DNA from: a virus
DNA: 57,537 nt
Direction: 5' to 3' (one strand)
Virus record (IMG/VR): IMGVR_UViG_3300031539_000033
Below are positions 8,588 to 16,525 of this stretch, one piece after another; positions within the stretch are counted from its first letter, which is position 1, and each line of letters starts with the position of its first letter. The notes under the pieces were generated by a model that saw only the letters and a list, made by a program, of their open reading frames with translations, made no database searches and was not told where the DNA came from. Position numbers and translations under genes: made by a program.

Positions 8588-8615
8588 ACTATACCATACC
8601 TAAGCTATATGTCAA
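8588..8615 (-). promoter_or_regulatory. Sigma70-type promoter (leftward)
   Basis: Minus strand reads TTGACA-16 nt-TATAGT with TGg directly upstream of the -10. 20/28 identical to the promoter at 45472-45499. T-rich tract upstream. Confidence 0.65.
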
Positions 8616-8852
8616 TAGGGTTTCCAAAAAAAGTTTGGCGACCCCTGTACAACCCCTTGACAACGCCGCCTGAGCCGTGGTAACGGTCATTTGGACAACC
8701 GAGCCCCTGGCCCTGTGGGTTTGGGGGAAGAGCTGGCGCATATGAGCCGGCGTCTGAGTCGAGGTAGGGACTGATCATCCCGAACCTGGACCCAGGGGCC
8801 GGTTTCGCTTTGTGGAGCCGAAACGACGAGAACGCCGGCTAAACGGAATACC

Positions 8853-9116
8853 ATGCAGGACCCGCGACAAGTGGGCCTGGGCCGGGAAACCCCCGAAGTC
8901 CCCATCCGTGATTACCGGAAAGCCACGCCTCCTCAGACCTATTCTCGGCATGTGGCCGAACGAGATATCCAGCGCGTGGCGCGCTACCTGCGCTTCGCGC
9001 GTCTGCTGCACACGATCTCCCCTAACGAGCACCGACGCCGGCACCGGCGGGCAACCGCGCGGGCGAATCGGGAGTTGGCGAGGAGGCGGGGGCTAGCATA
9101 TGCGAATCAGGGATGA
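8853..9116 (+). CDS. Hypothetical basic protein
   Basis: 87 aa. Mostly G/C third positions. The only convincing frame in the 8.55-9.12 kb gap. Confidence 0.45.
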   Translation: MQDPRQVGLGRETPEVPIRDYRKATPPQTYSRHVAERDIQRVARYLRFARLLHTISPNEHRRRHRRATARANRELARRRGLAYANQG

Positions 9117-9197
9117 GGAGGGCCCGTGGCGGCTGGCGGCCGCGCTTGTGAAGCAGGCAAGGAAAGACCTGGCGAAGAGCCTGACGGGGAGGCGCGG

Positions 9198-10469
9198 GTG
9201 AACGTCGAGCAGCGCGCAATCGCCGACCTGAAAGCGCACCCCAGCAACTATCAGCGGCATCCTGAGCCGCAGATGGCGGTCCTGCGGGAAAGCCTGCGGA
9301 CGCACGGACTTCAGAAGCCCCTCGTGATTCAGCCGGATGGGACGATATTGGCGGGGCATGGACTGTGGGAGGCGGCGAAGGCTGAGGGCTGGGTGCAGAT
9401 CGCCTGCCACGTCTACGACGGGCCTTACCCGGAAGCGTTCCTCGTAATGGACAACCGCAGCGCGCAGATGGCCGAACCCGACCCGCAGGCGTTGACCGAC
9501 CTCCTGAAGTCCCTCCAGGACGTGGGGCAGTTGGAGATGGCGGGGTACGACCCGGAGGAGTTGGGGAAGCTGCTGGCGGAACTGGAAGCGGCGAACCCGA
9601 CACCTGTGCCCGAAGAGGGCGAGATCCCCGAGCCGCAGGAGGGGCCGACGCGGGTCCAGCCGGGGGAGGTGTGGGCGCTGGGGAAGCATCGGGTGATGTG
9701 CGGGGATAGTACGGACGCGGGGGCGGTGGCCGGGCTTATGGGGACAGGGCGTGCGCCCCTACTATTCACATCTCCGCCCTACATGGATGCGAGGGAATAC
9801 GGGGGAGACGCCGACCTTGACGTGTCGCACGTCGCGGGCTTCTTGCCGGTGTGGGCGGCATACACGGCGATGCAGGCGGTGAACCTTGGCATAGTACGGC
9901 GCGAGAACGCCGTGGTGCGTTACTGGGATGAGTATATAGCCGCGGCTGAGTCGGCGGGCATGAAGCTCCTGAGTTGGAACGTATGGGACCGCCTACAGCC
10001 GTGGAGTATGGCGCAGAATACAGCGATGTTCCCAATAGAACATGAGTGGGTCTTCGTCTTTGGCGTAGCGAGGAGAGACCTCCATTTGACGGTTGAGAAC
10101 AAGGAACCCGGTACCAGGACGGGCATAACGAACCGGCAAGCAGACGGAACCCTTGAGCGGGCAAAACCGAAGGAGGTGCGAACGCATCGGCCGCTAGGCA
10201 CCGTCTTTCGTCACGCTCCGCATATCGGCCGAGACATGGGGCATCCAGCCATGTTTCCGGTGGGCCTACCGCAGGAGTATATCCTAGCGTGTACCGACTC
10301 CGGCGATACCGTCCTCGACCCCTTCCTCGGTTCGGGCACGACCCTGATAGCCGCGGAGCAGACGGGGCGCATAGCCTACGGTTGCGAGATCATGCCTAAG
10401 TATTGTGACGTTGTACTCGCCCGCTGGGAGAACCTGACTGGCGACAAGGCGGTGCGTGTCCATGCCTAA
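9198..10469 (+). CDS. ParB-like nuclease domain fused to a beta-class DNA methyltransferase (N4-C or N6-A)
   Basis: IADLKAHPSNYQRHP...GHGLWEAAK (ParB N-domain); FTSPPY (motif IV); LDPFLGSGTTLIAAEQTGR (FxGxG). GTG 9198 follows ggggagg; the ORF is open from 9126. Confidence 0.85.
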   Translation: MNVEQRAIADLKAHPSNYQRHPEPQMAVLRESLRTHGLQKPLVIQPDGTILAGHGLWEAAKAEGWVQIACHVYDGPYPEAFLVMDNRSAQMAEPDPQALTDLLKSLQDVGQLEMAGYDPEELGKLLAELEAANPTPVPEEGEIPEPQEGPTRVQPGEVWALGKHRVMCGDSTDAGAVAGLMGTGRAPLLFTSPPYMDAREYGGDADLDVSHVAGFLPVWAAYTAMQAVNLGIVRRENAVVRYWDEYIAAAESAGMKLLSWNVWDRLQPWSMAQNTAMFPIEHEWVFVFGVARRDLHLTVENKEPGTRTGITNRQADGTLERAKPKEVRTHRPLGTVFRHAPHIGRDMGHPAMFPVGLPQEYILACTDSGDTVLDPFLGSGTTLIAAEQTGRIAYGCEIMPKYCDVVLARWENLTGDKAVRVHA

Positions 10470-10743
10470 CCTCACCCTCGGCGCCCTCTGGCAGCGACAG
10501 ATAGACATGGCGGGATATGCGCCAGAGGCGTTTGCTCCCACTTTGGACAGGGTAGAGAGGTTGCTGGACGTGCAGGGGATCGGGAGTCGGAGACTACGCC
10601 GGCCGCCACGAGAGACGCGCAGGCGATGTGAGGGGTTCGTGATCTCCACTGGCAAGCCTTGTCGGAGACCCGCGATAGAGGGCAGCGACTTCTGCGTGGT
10701 GCACGAGCGGTTCGTGGCGAGACGGGAGAACGGACGTGGGTGA
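10462..10743 (+). CDS. Hypothetical protein, Cys-motif
   Basis: 93 aa. ATG just before the methyltransferase stop. CEGF...GKPCRRPA..GSDFCVVH. Confidence 0.55.
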   Translation: MPNLTLGALWQRQIDMAGYAPEAFAPTLDRVERLLDVQGIGSRRLRRPPRETRRRCEGFVISTGKPCRRPAIEGSDFCVVHERFVARRENGRG

Positions 10744-11449
10744 GGCCGCGCAGAGACAGCCGTGGGAGAGGCGGGCAGACGAGCCTATGCGATGCTTCAG
10801 GCGCTTCCTGAAGTACCGCAACCTCGGCCCCGAGCGGTCGGTCCGCAAGGCCTGCGATATTGTGAAACTCCCGCAGAAAGGCCGCAAACCGAGTTGGCAG
10901 TATTGGCGTACGCTCGCGGCGCAGTGGCACTGGAATGACCGGGCGCGGGCATGGGATGAGTACCAGGAGTATGAGCGGCGCAAGGCCGAGCTTGCAGCGG
11001 AGGCGAAGGCACGCGAAGATCATGCCGCCGACCACATCCTCCAGCAGGAACTCCTCTCCCAGGAGGCCATCGCTCTCCGCACCATCGCCCGACTACTCGC
11101 GGGGCAGATTCTGGCAGTACTCAAAGACCCGAGACAACTAGCGGAGATGAAACTTAGGCGAGTCAAGGTCGTGGATGGCGATAAGTTCAATCGGACAGAG
11201 ATGACAACTCCGGGCATACTCGACCTCGTGAAACTCGTGGGCGACGGGCTGAAGATCGGCTCCGAACTCTACCGGGTCGCGCAGCTCGACCAACCTGGCG
11301 ATGACGGGAAGCCGAAGACGGCAGAGCGGAAGGCGCAGGAGTTGGCGAACATCCTGGCGGGCAAGTTGTTGGGCATGGATATTGGCGGACTGTTGGCGCT
11401 GCGGGAAGAACTGATCGGGCTGGATGGGAAGCCAGGGGAGGCGAGATGA
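10736..11449 (+). CDS. Putative terminase small subunit
   Basis: Two genes upstream of terL (one 153-aa ORF between). FRRFLKYRNLGPERSVRKA...WQYWRTLAAQWHWNDRARAWD looks like the HTH-type TerS N-terminus (recollection). Coiled C-terminal half. Confidence 0.5.
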   Translation: MGEAAQRQPWERRADEPMRCFRRFLKYRNLGPERSVRKACDIVKLPQKGRKPSWQYWRTLAAQWHWNDRARAWDEYQEYERRKAELAAEAKAREDHAADHILQQELLSQEAIALRTIARLLAGQILAVLKDPRQLAEMKLRRVKVVDGDKFNRTEMTTPGILDLVKLVGDGLKIGSELYRVAQLDQPGDDGKPKTAERKAQELANILAGKLLGMDIGGLLALREELIGLDGKPGEAR

Positions 11450-11907
11450 GAGAGGAGCGGCGTTCCGTGACCGAGGCAGACATAGCCGCGGGAAAGAAAC
11501 TCCTCGCGGAGCATCCTGAAATTGGGGAGACCGATCCATCTGTCGCCAATCGAACGCGGGATATACCCGACCCCCTCCACGAGGCCGTGCGGGAACCAGA
11601 TTGCGAGAACTGTGCCGTGGAGTCCTACGAAGACGGCCTCCATGCGGGCAAGCTGCTATTGGCAGATAGCATAGAGTCAATTCTGGAAACGGAGTTGGGA
11701 GAAGACGCTCGCAAAGAAAGCAGCGCGTTCCGCAAGGCCGTGCGGGAGTTGGTGGATGCTGATGATTTCTTATTTATCTGCGAGACGCATAATCGCCTCC
11801 CGAAGGATCACCGGAGATACATTGCGGCTTCAGTTGCCCGAGATGCCCGTAGGCACAAGAACGAAGCATTGAACGAGGTCCGCGACTTGCTGAGGGAGTC
11901 TAAGTGA
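11446..11907 (+). CDS. Hypothetical protein
   Basis: 153 aa. ATGA overlap upstream and GTGA overlap with terL. Confidence 0.6.
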   Translation: MREERRSVTEADIAAGKKLLAEHPEIGETDPSVANRTRDIPDPLHEAVREPDCENCAVESYEDGLHAGKLLLADSIESILETELGEDARKESSAFRKAVRELVDADDFLFICETHNRLPKDHRRYIAASVARDARRHKNEALNEVRDLLRESK

Positions 11908-13394
11908 CCGCGCCCCCTGATATCCTGGAGGTGGTTCGCGGCAGGCCCGAGGCCATAGACGCCCTGCTCGGGGGCATTGACGTGTTGTTGGCCAAAGATT
12001 TCGCGGTTATCTACGGGGAACACCCCGACCGTTTCGTTTTGGAGTGCTTCGAGTGGGCCGAGGGCGAAGGGCCGACCCCGTATCAGCTTGAGGTGCTGAA
12101 AGAACTTCCGACGAGACGGCGCGCGGCGATCCGGTCCCCCCATGGTTCGGGAAAGACAGCACTCGCGGCCTGGGTCGTGCTCTGGTTTGCGCTCACCCGT
12201 GATCACATGGAGGGCGACTGGAAGGCTGTAATGACGGCGAGTGCTTGGCGGCAACTGAGCCACTATCTCGCCCCGGAACTGCACAAATGGACGCGCCGGC
12301 TGAGGTGGGAACGGGTCGGGCGAGGCCGGTTTGACGAACGGACGGAGTTGCTACAGCTCATGCTGAAGCTCGGCCATGGCGAGGCATTCTCCGCGGCGAG
12401 CGATAAGCCGGACCTCATCGAGGGCGCGCACGCCGACCGGCTCCTCTACGTGTTTGACGAGGCGAAGGCGATCCCGCCGGCGACATGGGACGCGGCCGAG
12501 GGTGCGCTGGCAAGCGGAGATTGCTACGCCCTGGCAATCAGCACTCCGGGCGAACCGCAGGGGCGCTTCTACGAGATTCACCAGCGCAAGCCGGGTTATG
12601 AGGACTGGTGGGTACGGCATGTGACCCTCGCAGAATGTATCGCAGCGAGGCGAGTTCCCCAGGAGTGGGCAGATCAGCGCAAGCTCCAGTGGGGCGAGGA
12701 CTCGGCCGTCTACCAGAACCGCGTGCTGGGCGAGTTCGCCTCGTCGGAAGAGGATGGCGTGATTCCGCTCTCCTGGGTAGAGGCGGCGAACGAGCGGTGG
12801 AAGGAGCACAACGACGCAGATGATTGGGACCCCTTCACCTGTTGCGGCGTGGACGTGGCGCGGTCGGGAGCGGATATGAGCGTCATTGCCTTACGGCATG
12901 GTGACGCGATCAAGGAGCTTCGTCGCTTCTCCAAGCAGGATACCATGGCGACGACCGGGGCGGTGGCGGGAATTCTGGAGGCGCACAATGGTAAGGCTAT
13001 CGTGGACGTGATTGGGATAGGGGCGGGCGTGGTCGACCGGCTGAAGGAACAGGGCCTCGCGGTCGAGCCCTTCAATGCTTCGGAGGGAACGGACGCCAAG
13101 GACAGGTCGGGTGAACTCGGGTTCGCGAACAAGCGGAGCGCGGCCTGGTGGGGAATGCGGGAGATACTCGATCCTGCATCGGGGCGGCCCATTGCCCTGC
13201 GTCCCGACGATCTGTTGATTGGCGATTTGACCGCACCACACTGGCGGGTTCTGTCGGGCGGGAAGATTCAGGTGGAGAGCAAGGATGATATTAAGAAGAG
13301 ACTCGGGCGCTCGACAGACGATGGCGACGCGGTAGTGATGGCATTCTGGCAGGAAGTTAGCCAGTACGCGGAGGCCTTCGAGATTTACGTCTAG
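11904..13394 (+). CDS. terL: Terminase large subunit
   Basis: 496 aa. SPHGSGKTALAA (Walker A), LLYVFDEAK (Walker B), GVDVARSGADMSVIA (RNaseH-like nuclease). Confidence 0.9.
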   Translation: MTAPPDILEVVRGRPEAIDALLGGIDVLLAKDFAVIYGEHPDRFVLECFEWAEGEGPTPYQLEVLKELPTRRRAAIRSPHGSGKTALAAWVVLWFALTRDHMEGDWKAVMTASAWRQLSHYLAPELHKWTRRLRWERVGRGRFDERTELLQLMLKLGHGEAFSAASDKPDLIEGAHADRLLYVFDEAKAIPPATWDAAEGALASGDCYALAISTPGEPQGRFYEIHQRKPGYEDWWVRHVTLAECIAARRVPQEWADQRKLQWGEDSAVYQNRVLGEFASSEEDGVIPLSWVEAANERWKEHNDADDWDPFTCCGVDVARSGADMSVIALRHGDAIKELRRFSKQDTMATTGAVAGILEAHNGKAIVDVIGIGAGVVDRLKEQGLAVEPFNASEGTDAKDRSGELGFANKRSAAWWGMREILDPASGRPIALRPDDLLIGDLTAPHWRVLSGGKIQVESKDDIKKRLGRSTDDGDAVVMAFWQEVSQYAEAFEIYV

Positions 13395-13402
13395 GGGTTA
13401 GC

Positions 13403-14980
13403 ATGAGACTGATCTCCGCAATTCAACAGCGAATCGGGCAGCGCCTCGCGAAGGCGCTGTCTCCATATTTCGGCCCGACGGTTGACCAGCTTGCGGGCGT
13501 ACCCGCGGAGCTAGGGGCTGGCGAGGTTGGTCTCCTCGATGCCGATTTGATTAGTACCTTAACGCGACCCTGGCGGATGAGTCGGAACCGACAGGAGCGG
13601 CATGCGATTCGCCAGCGTATGGCGGATGAATCCGCGCTCATCGGCAAAGCGCTCGACGTGATCGCGGATGTGGCGACGGCACCGGAGGACGAGGGCGATG
13701 CGCGGAATGCGTTTCTTGTGCGGTGCGAGGAAGACCGAATAACTGAGGAGGTAGAACTTCTCTGCGATGCGATCAAGCTCCGAGAGTCAAGCAACGGGAT
13801 AGCTCGGCGCCTCGCCACCCACGGAAATGAGATGAGGGAGCCAGTACTCGACCCGGCTGGTGGCCGTGTGGTGAGGTATAAGCTTCTGCCAGAGCATCAG
13901 ATATGGCGGCGGCTGGATGATAGGGGCCTGCCGCAGGACCCGCCCTGGGAGCAGCGCCCCTACTACAAGCAGGACGGTAGCGGGATACCCTTCGCCGAGT
14001 GGCAAGTCGTGCAGTATACCTACCCCATTGACCCCGACGAAGCATACGGCCGGGGCATACTGGGGTGCGAACGGGAGTACATGCGGCTCGCCGCGATGGA
14101 AGATGACATGGTCCAGGCGCGGCGGCAGCGGGCCATGGACCGGATGGTCCATAGGGTTCCGGTAACCGAGAAGATGGGCCGGGATGACCAGGAGGCGGCA
14201 GTCAAGCGGTATGCGGACAAGTTGATGCGTCGACGGGTGCTCTCGGCCACCCAGGGCACGAGTACACGGGACAACCCGACGGAAGTCACGCAGGATTTTT
14301 ACGTGCCCTACGTGGGCAAGGACTACCCCGACGCGGGACCTAAGCTTCTCACCCCGGCGAACGTACAGCTCCAGGTCATTCGGGACGTAGAGTACCATCG
14401 CGGGATTGTCCTGGCACGGTTAGGCGTTCCCATGCGCTACCTGAACCTCGGTGGCGCGGAGGCGGCGAGGGCCGCTATCGGCAGCGGCAACATCTCTTAC
14501 GAGGATATCCAGTTCGCCCGCACGATTCGGGGCATGCAGAAGTCGCTGGCCTATGGGCACAACATCGTGATTACCCTGCATCTCATCCTGCGGGGATACG
14601 ACCCAATCAAGAACCCAGTCGCCCTGGAGTTCCCGGTTATTTCAACCGCGGACGCCAAGCAGAACGCCGAGATCGAGTACATGCGGGCACAGACCTTGCA
14701 GATCATCGCGAACTTCCTGCAAGTCCCGCTTGAGATGGTGGCTGATCACTACATGGGCCTTACCGAGGACGAGAAGGAGCGCTGGCTCGGGGACTTAGGC
14801 GAGCAATTGGCGGGGGCGGCAGAGGAACAGTTGGGCCGGCGCGCGCAGTCACTGCAGGGGATATTGGAGGCGGTATTGGTGCTCGCGAACAAGGAGCTAG
14901 AGGGTGACGGCGGTAACGCAGAGGCGCGAGAACCTGCGCCTAGCGGTGCGGGCAGCTACAACTACCCTGGCCCTGCTTGA
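13403..14980 (+). CDS. Portal protein
   Basis: 525 aa. Immediately follows terL and precedes the MuF-like gene. Size and position are typical; no specific motif checked. Confidence 0.7.
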   Translation: MRLISAIQQRIGQRLAKALSPYFGPTVDQLAGVPAELGAGEVGLLDADLISTLTRPWRMSRNRQERHAIRQRMADESALIGKALDVIADVATAPEDEGDARNAFLVRCEEDRITEEVELLCDAIKLRESSNGIARRLATHGNEMREPVLDPAGGRVVRYKLLPEHQIWRRLDDRGLPQDPPWEQRPYYKQDGSGIPFAEWQVVQYTYPIDPDEAYGRGILGCEREYMRLAAMEDDMVQARRQRAMDRMVHRVPVTEKMGRDDQEAAVKRYADKLMRRRVLSATQGTSTRDNPTEVTQDFYVPYVGKDYPDAGPKLLTPANVQLQVIRDVEYHRGIVLARLGVPMRYLNLGGAEAARAAIGSGNISYEDIQFARTIRGMQKSLAYGHNIVITLHLILRGYDPIKNPVALEFPVISTADAKQNAEIEYMRAQTLQIIANFLQVPLEMVADHYMGLTEDEKERWLGDLGEQLAGAAEEQLGRRAQSLQGILEAVLVLANKELEGDGGNAEAREPAPSGAGSYNYPGPA

Positions 14981-15971
14981 GGCGGCGAATGCCCTTCCGG
15001 GGCGGCTTCCTATCTTGCGAGTCGTCCAGTCATTCGCTCGGAAGTGGGAGGTCTCCTTCCGGCAGCGGTACCGGCCGCCGGAACCGTCGTTGCTCGTGCC
15101 GTTGATACGAGACACCTTCGACGCGGACCTTGCCGTCGAACGGGAGCGAGAGCAGTGGCGTCGGGCGGCTGGATTGCCGGAGCAGAGGCAGCGATTCGTC
15201 CGCAAGGAGTGGCGGGCGAGGATCGTCAACCTGCGGAGCCTGGACGATACGGAGAAGCAGAACCTGGCGGCACAACTCCGGGGCAAGGCGATGCTGGAGG
15301 CCGAGGACTCGACGAGTTCGCTGAGGGTGCTGATGCAGTCCATAGAGTTGCCGGAGAACCTGGACGGACAGTTCCGCGAGGGCTTTCGAAACGCCTTCGA
15401 GGAGGCAATGAAGAACGGATCGAGTAAGGCCGCGGCGCAGTTGGGGTTCGCCGAGGATTGGTTGCTCAAAGACCCGGCGGCGGTCGGCGAGATGGGACAG
15501 TACGCCGGCTACTACGGCGACAGGCTGACGAAGCTCGTGCCGATGGAATGGCAGGTCGAGATTCGCAAGGCGATGATAACGGGACTCGACGAGGGCATGT
15601 CTGCGGCAGACATGGGGAGCGAACTCCGGGGAGTATGGGACAACCTGGAAGGGTGGGAAGCCGAGCGAATAGCGCGGACGGAGGCGGTACGGGCGCGGAT
15701 GGAGGGACGACGCTCGACCTACCTGGCGGCGGGCATACAGATGCTGGAGTGGATATGCGGTCCACGGCCCTGCTCGACGTGTGCTATACGGGCGGGCAGG
15801 CGCTACCCGGTAGGGAGTCGGGAACTGCCGCCGACACCTCATCCGCACTGCGAATGCGATGCTGTAGCGAGTGAGGATGACTTGGACCGACTGCGGGCGC
15901 AGGCGTTGGCCGGGACGGGCGCGATCACGCCCCTGCCGACTCCGATGGCGCCGCGGTATCCGCAGGGATAG
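14904..15971 (+). CDS. MuF / SPP1 gp7-like minor head protein
   Basis: ERIARTEAVRARMEG...PCSTCA...PPTPHPHCECD is the head-morphogenesis F-family C-terminal signature. The start is uncertain (77-nt overlap with portal). Confidence 0.8.
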   Translation: MTAVTQRRENLRLAVRAATTTLALLEAANALPGRLPILRVVQSFARKWEVSFRQRYRPPEPSLLVPLIRDTFDADLAVEREREQWRRAAGLPEQRQRFVRKEWRARIVNLRSLDDTEKQNLAAQLRGKAMLEAEDSTSSLRVLMQSIELPENLDGQFREGFRNAFEEAMKNGSSKAAAQLGFAEDWLLKDPAAVGEMGQYAGYYGDRLTKLVPMEWQVEIRKAMITGLDEGMSAADMGSELRGVWDNLEGWEAERIARTEAVRARMEGRRSTYLAAGIQMLEWICGPRPCSTCAIRAGRRYPVGSRELPPTPHPHCECDAVASEDDLDRLRAQALAGTGAITPLPTPMAPRYPQG

Positions 15972-15981
15972 GGAGGCGAGG

Positions 15982-16179
15982 ATGCTAGAGAGGGCCATGC
16001 GTATCGCCGAAGAGGCGGCTGAGATCATTGGCCGCAAGAGCGGGCGGCGCGTGGAGGTCATGTCCGTAGCGAAGGCGGTAGACGGGTATACGGTCACCCT
16101 GCACGTTGGCGATGCAGTGCGGCCGCTGCTGGAGGCGAACAAGGCCGAACGGCTAACGGAGCAGTCGGAGAGCATATAG
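15982..16179 (+). CDS. Hypothetical protein
   Basis: 65 aa. SD gggaggcgagg upstream of the ATG. Confidence 0.55.
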   Translation: MLERAMRIAEEAAEIIGRKSGRRVEVMSVAKAVDGYTVTLHVGDAVRPLLEANKAERLTEQSESI

Positions 16180-16190
16180 GAGGCGAGAGC

Positions 16191-16385
16191 ATGAGGAATA
16201 CATGGGACGAGACAAAAATCCAGGAGAAACTGCACCCCGGAAAGGCGATTGTCGCAGTGCATATTCACATGTGCGGCGGCAACTATCGCTATGCGGGAAT
16301 GTCTGCCGTAGAGCCCGACGACCCCCGCATTTCTCATACGACTGTGGTGCAGGCTGGCCCTGACGGAGTGATCTTTCTGGACTGA
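16191..16385 (+). CDS. Hypothetical protein
   Basis: 64 aa. SD aggaggcgagagc upstream of the ATG. Confidence 0.55.
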   Translation: MRNTWDETKIQEKLHPGKAIVAVHIHMCGGNYRYAGMSAVEPDDPRISHTTVVQAGPDGVIFLD

Positions 16386-16525
16386 GGCGAGAGCACAAAG
16401 CGAATAACACGCCCGGTCAGCCGCCTAGCTAGCGGCAGGCCGTGAAGCTTCATCACCCCTCGTTCTCGGCCGAGAGAGACCGGGGGGTTTCTATTTGGCC
16501 GGGCGTGGTGACTCATAGAGGCGAT

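Noticed and set aside
8657-8686. Rightward TTGACA box as a standalone sigma70 promoter
   Set aside because: The -35 is perfect, but the best -10 at 17-18 nt (GTAACG/TAACGG) lacks the conserved final T. It is reported only as a possible activator-dependent site.
8690-8852. Possible tRNA or small RNA gene in the non-coding gap
   Set aside because: I could not fold a cloverleaf and found no GGTTCGAATCC-type T-arm anywhere in the window. Only short local hairpins are present.
9022-9689. Two ~195-aa minus-strand ORFs (9022-9603, 9093-9689)
   Set aside because: They are antisense to the ParB-methyltransferase N-terminus and extremely Pro/Arg-rich. They are shadow ORFs.
15030-16337. 435-aa ORF on the minus strand
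   Set aside because: It is antisense to the MuF-like gene, which has a clear family signature on the + strand. Its composition (R, P, L, S) is typical of a shadow ORF.
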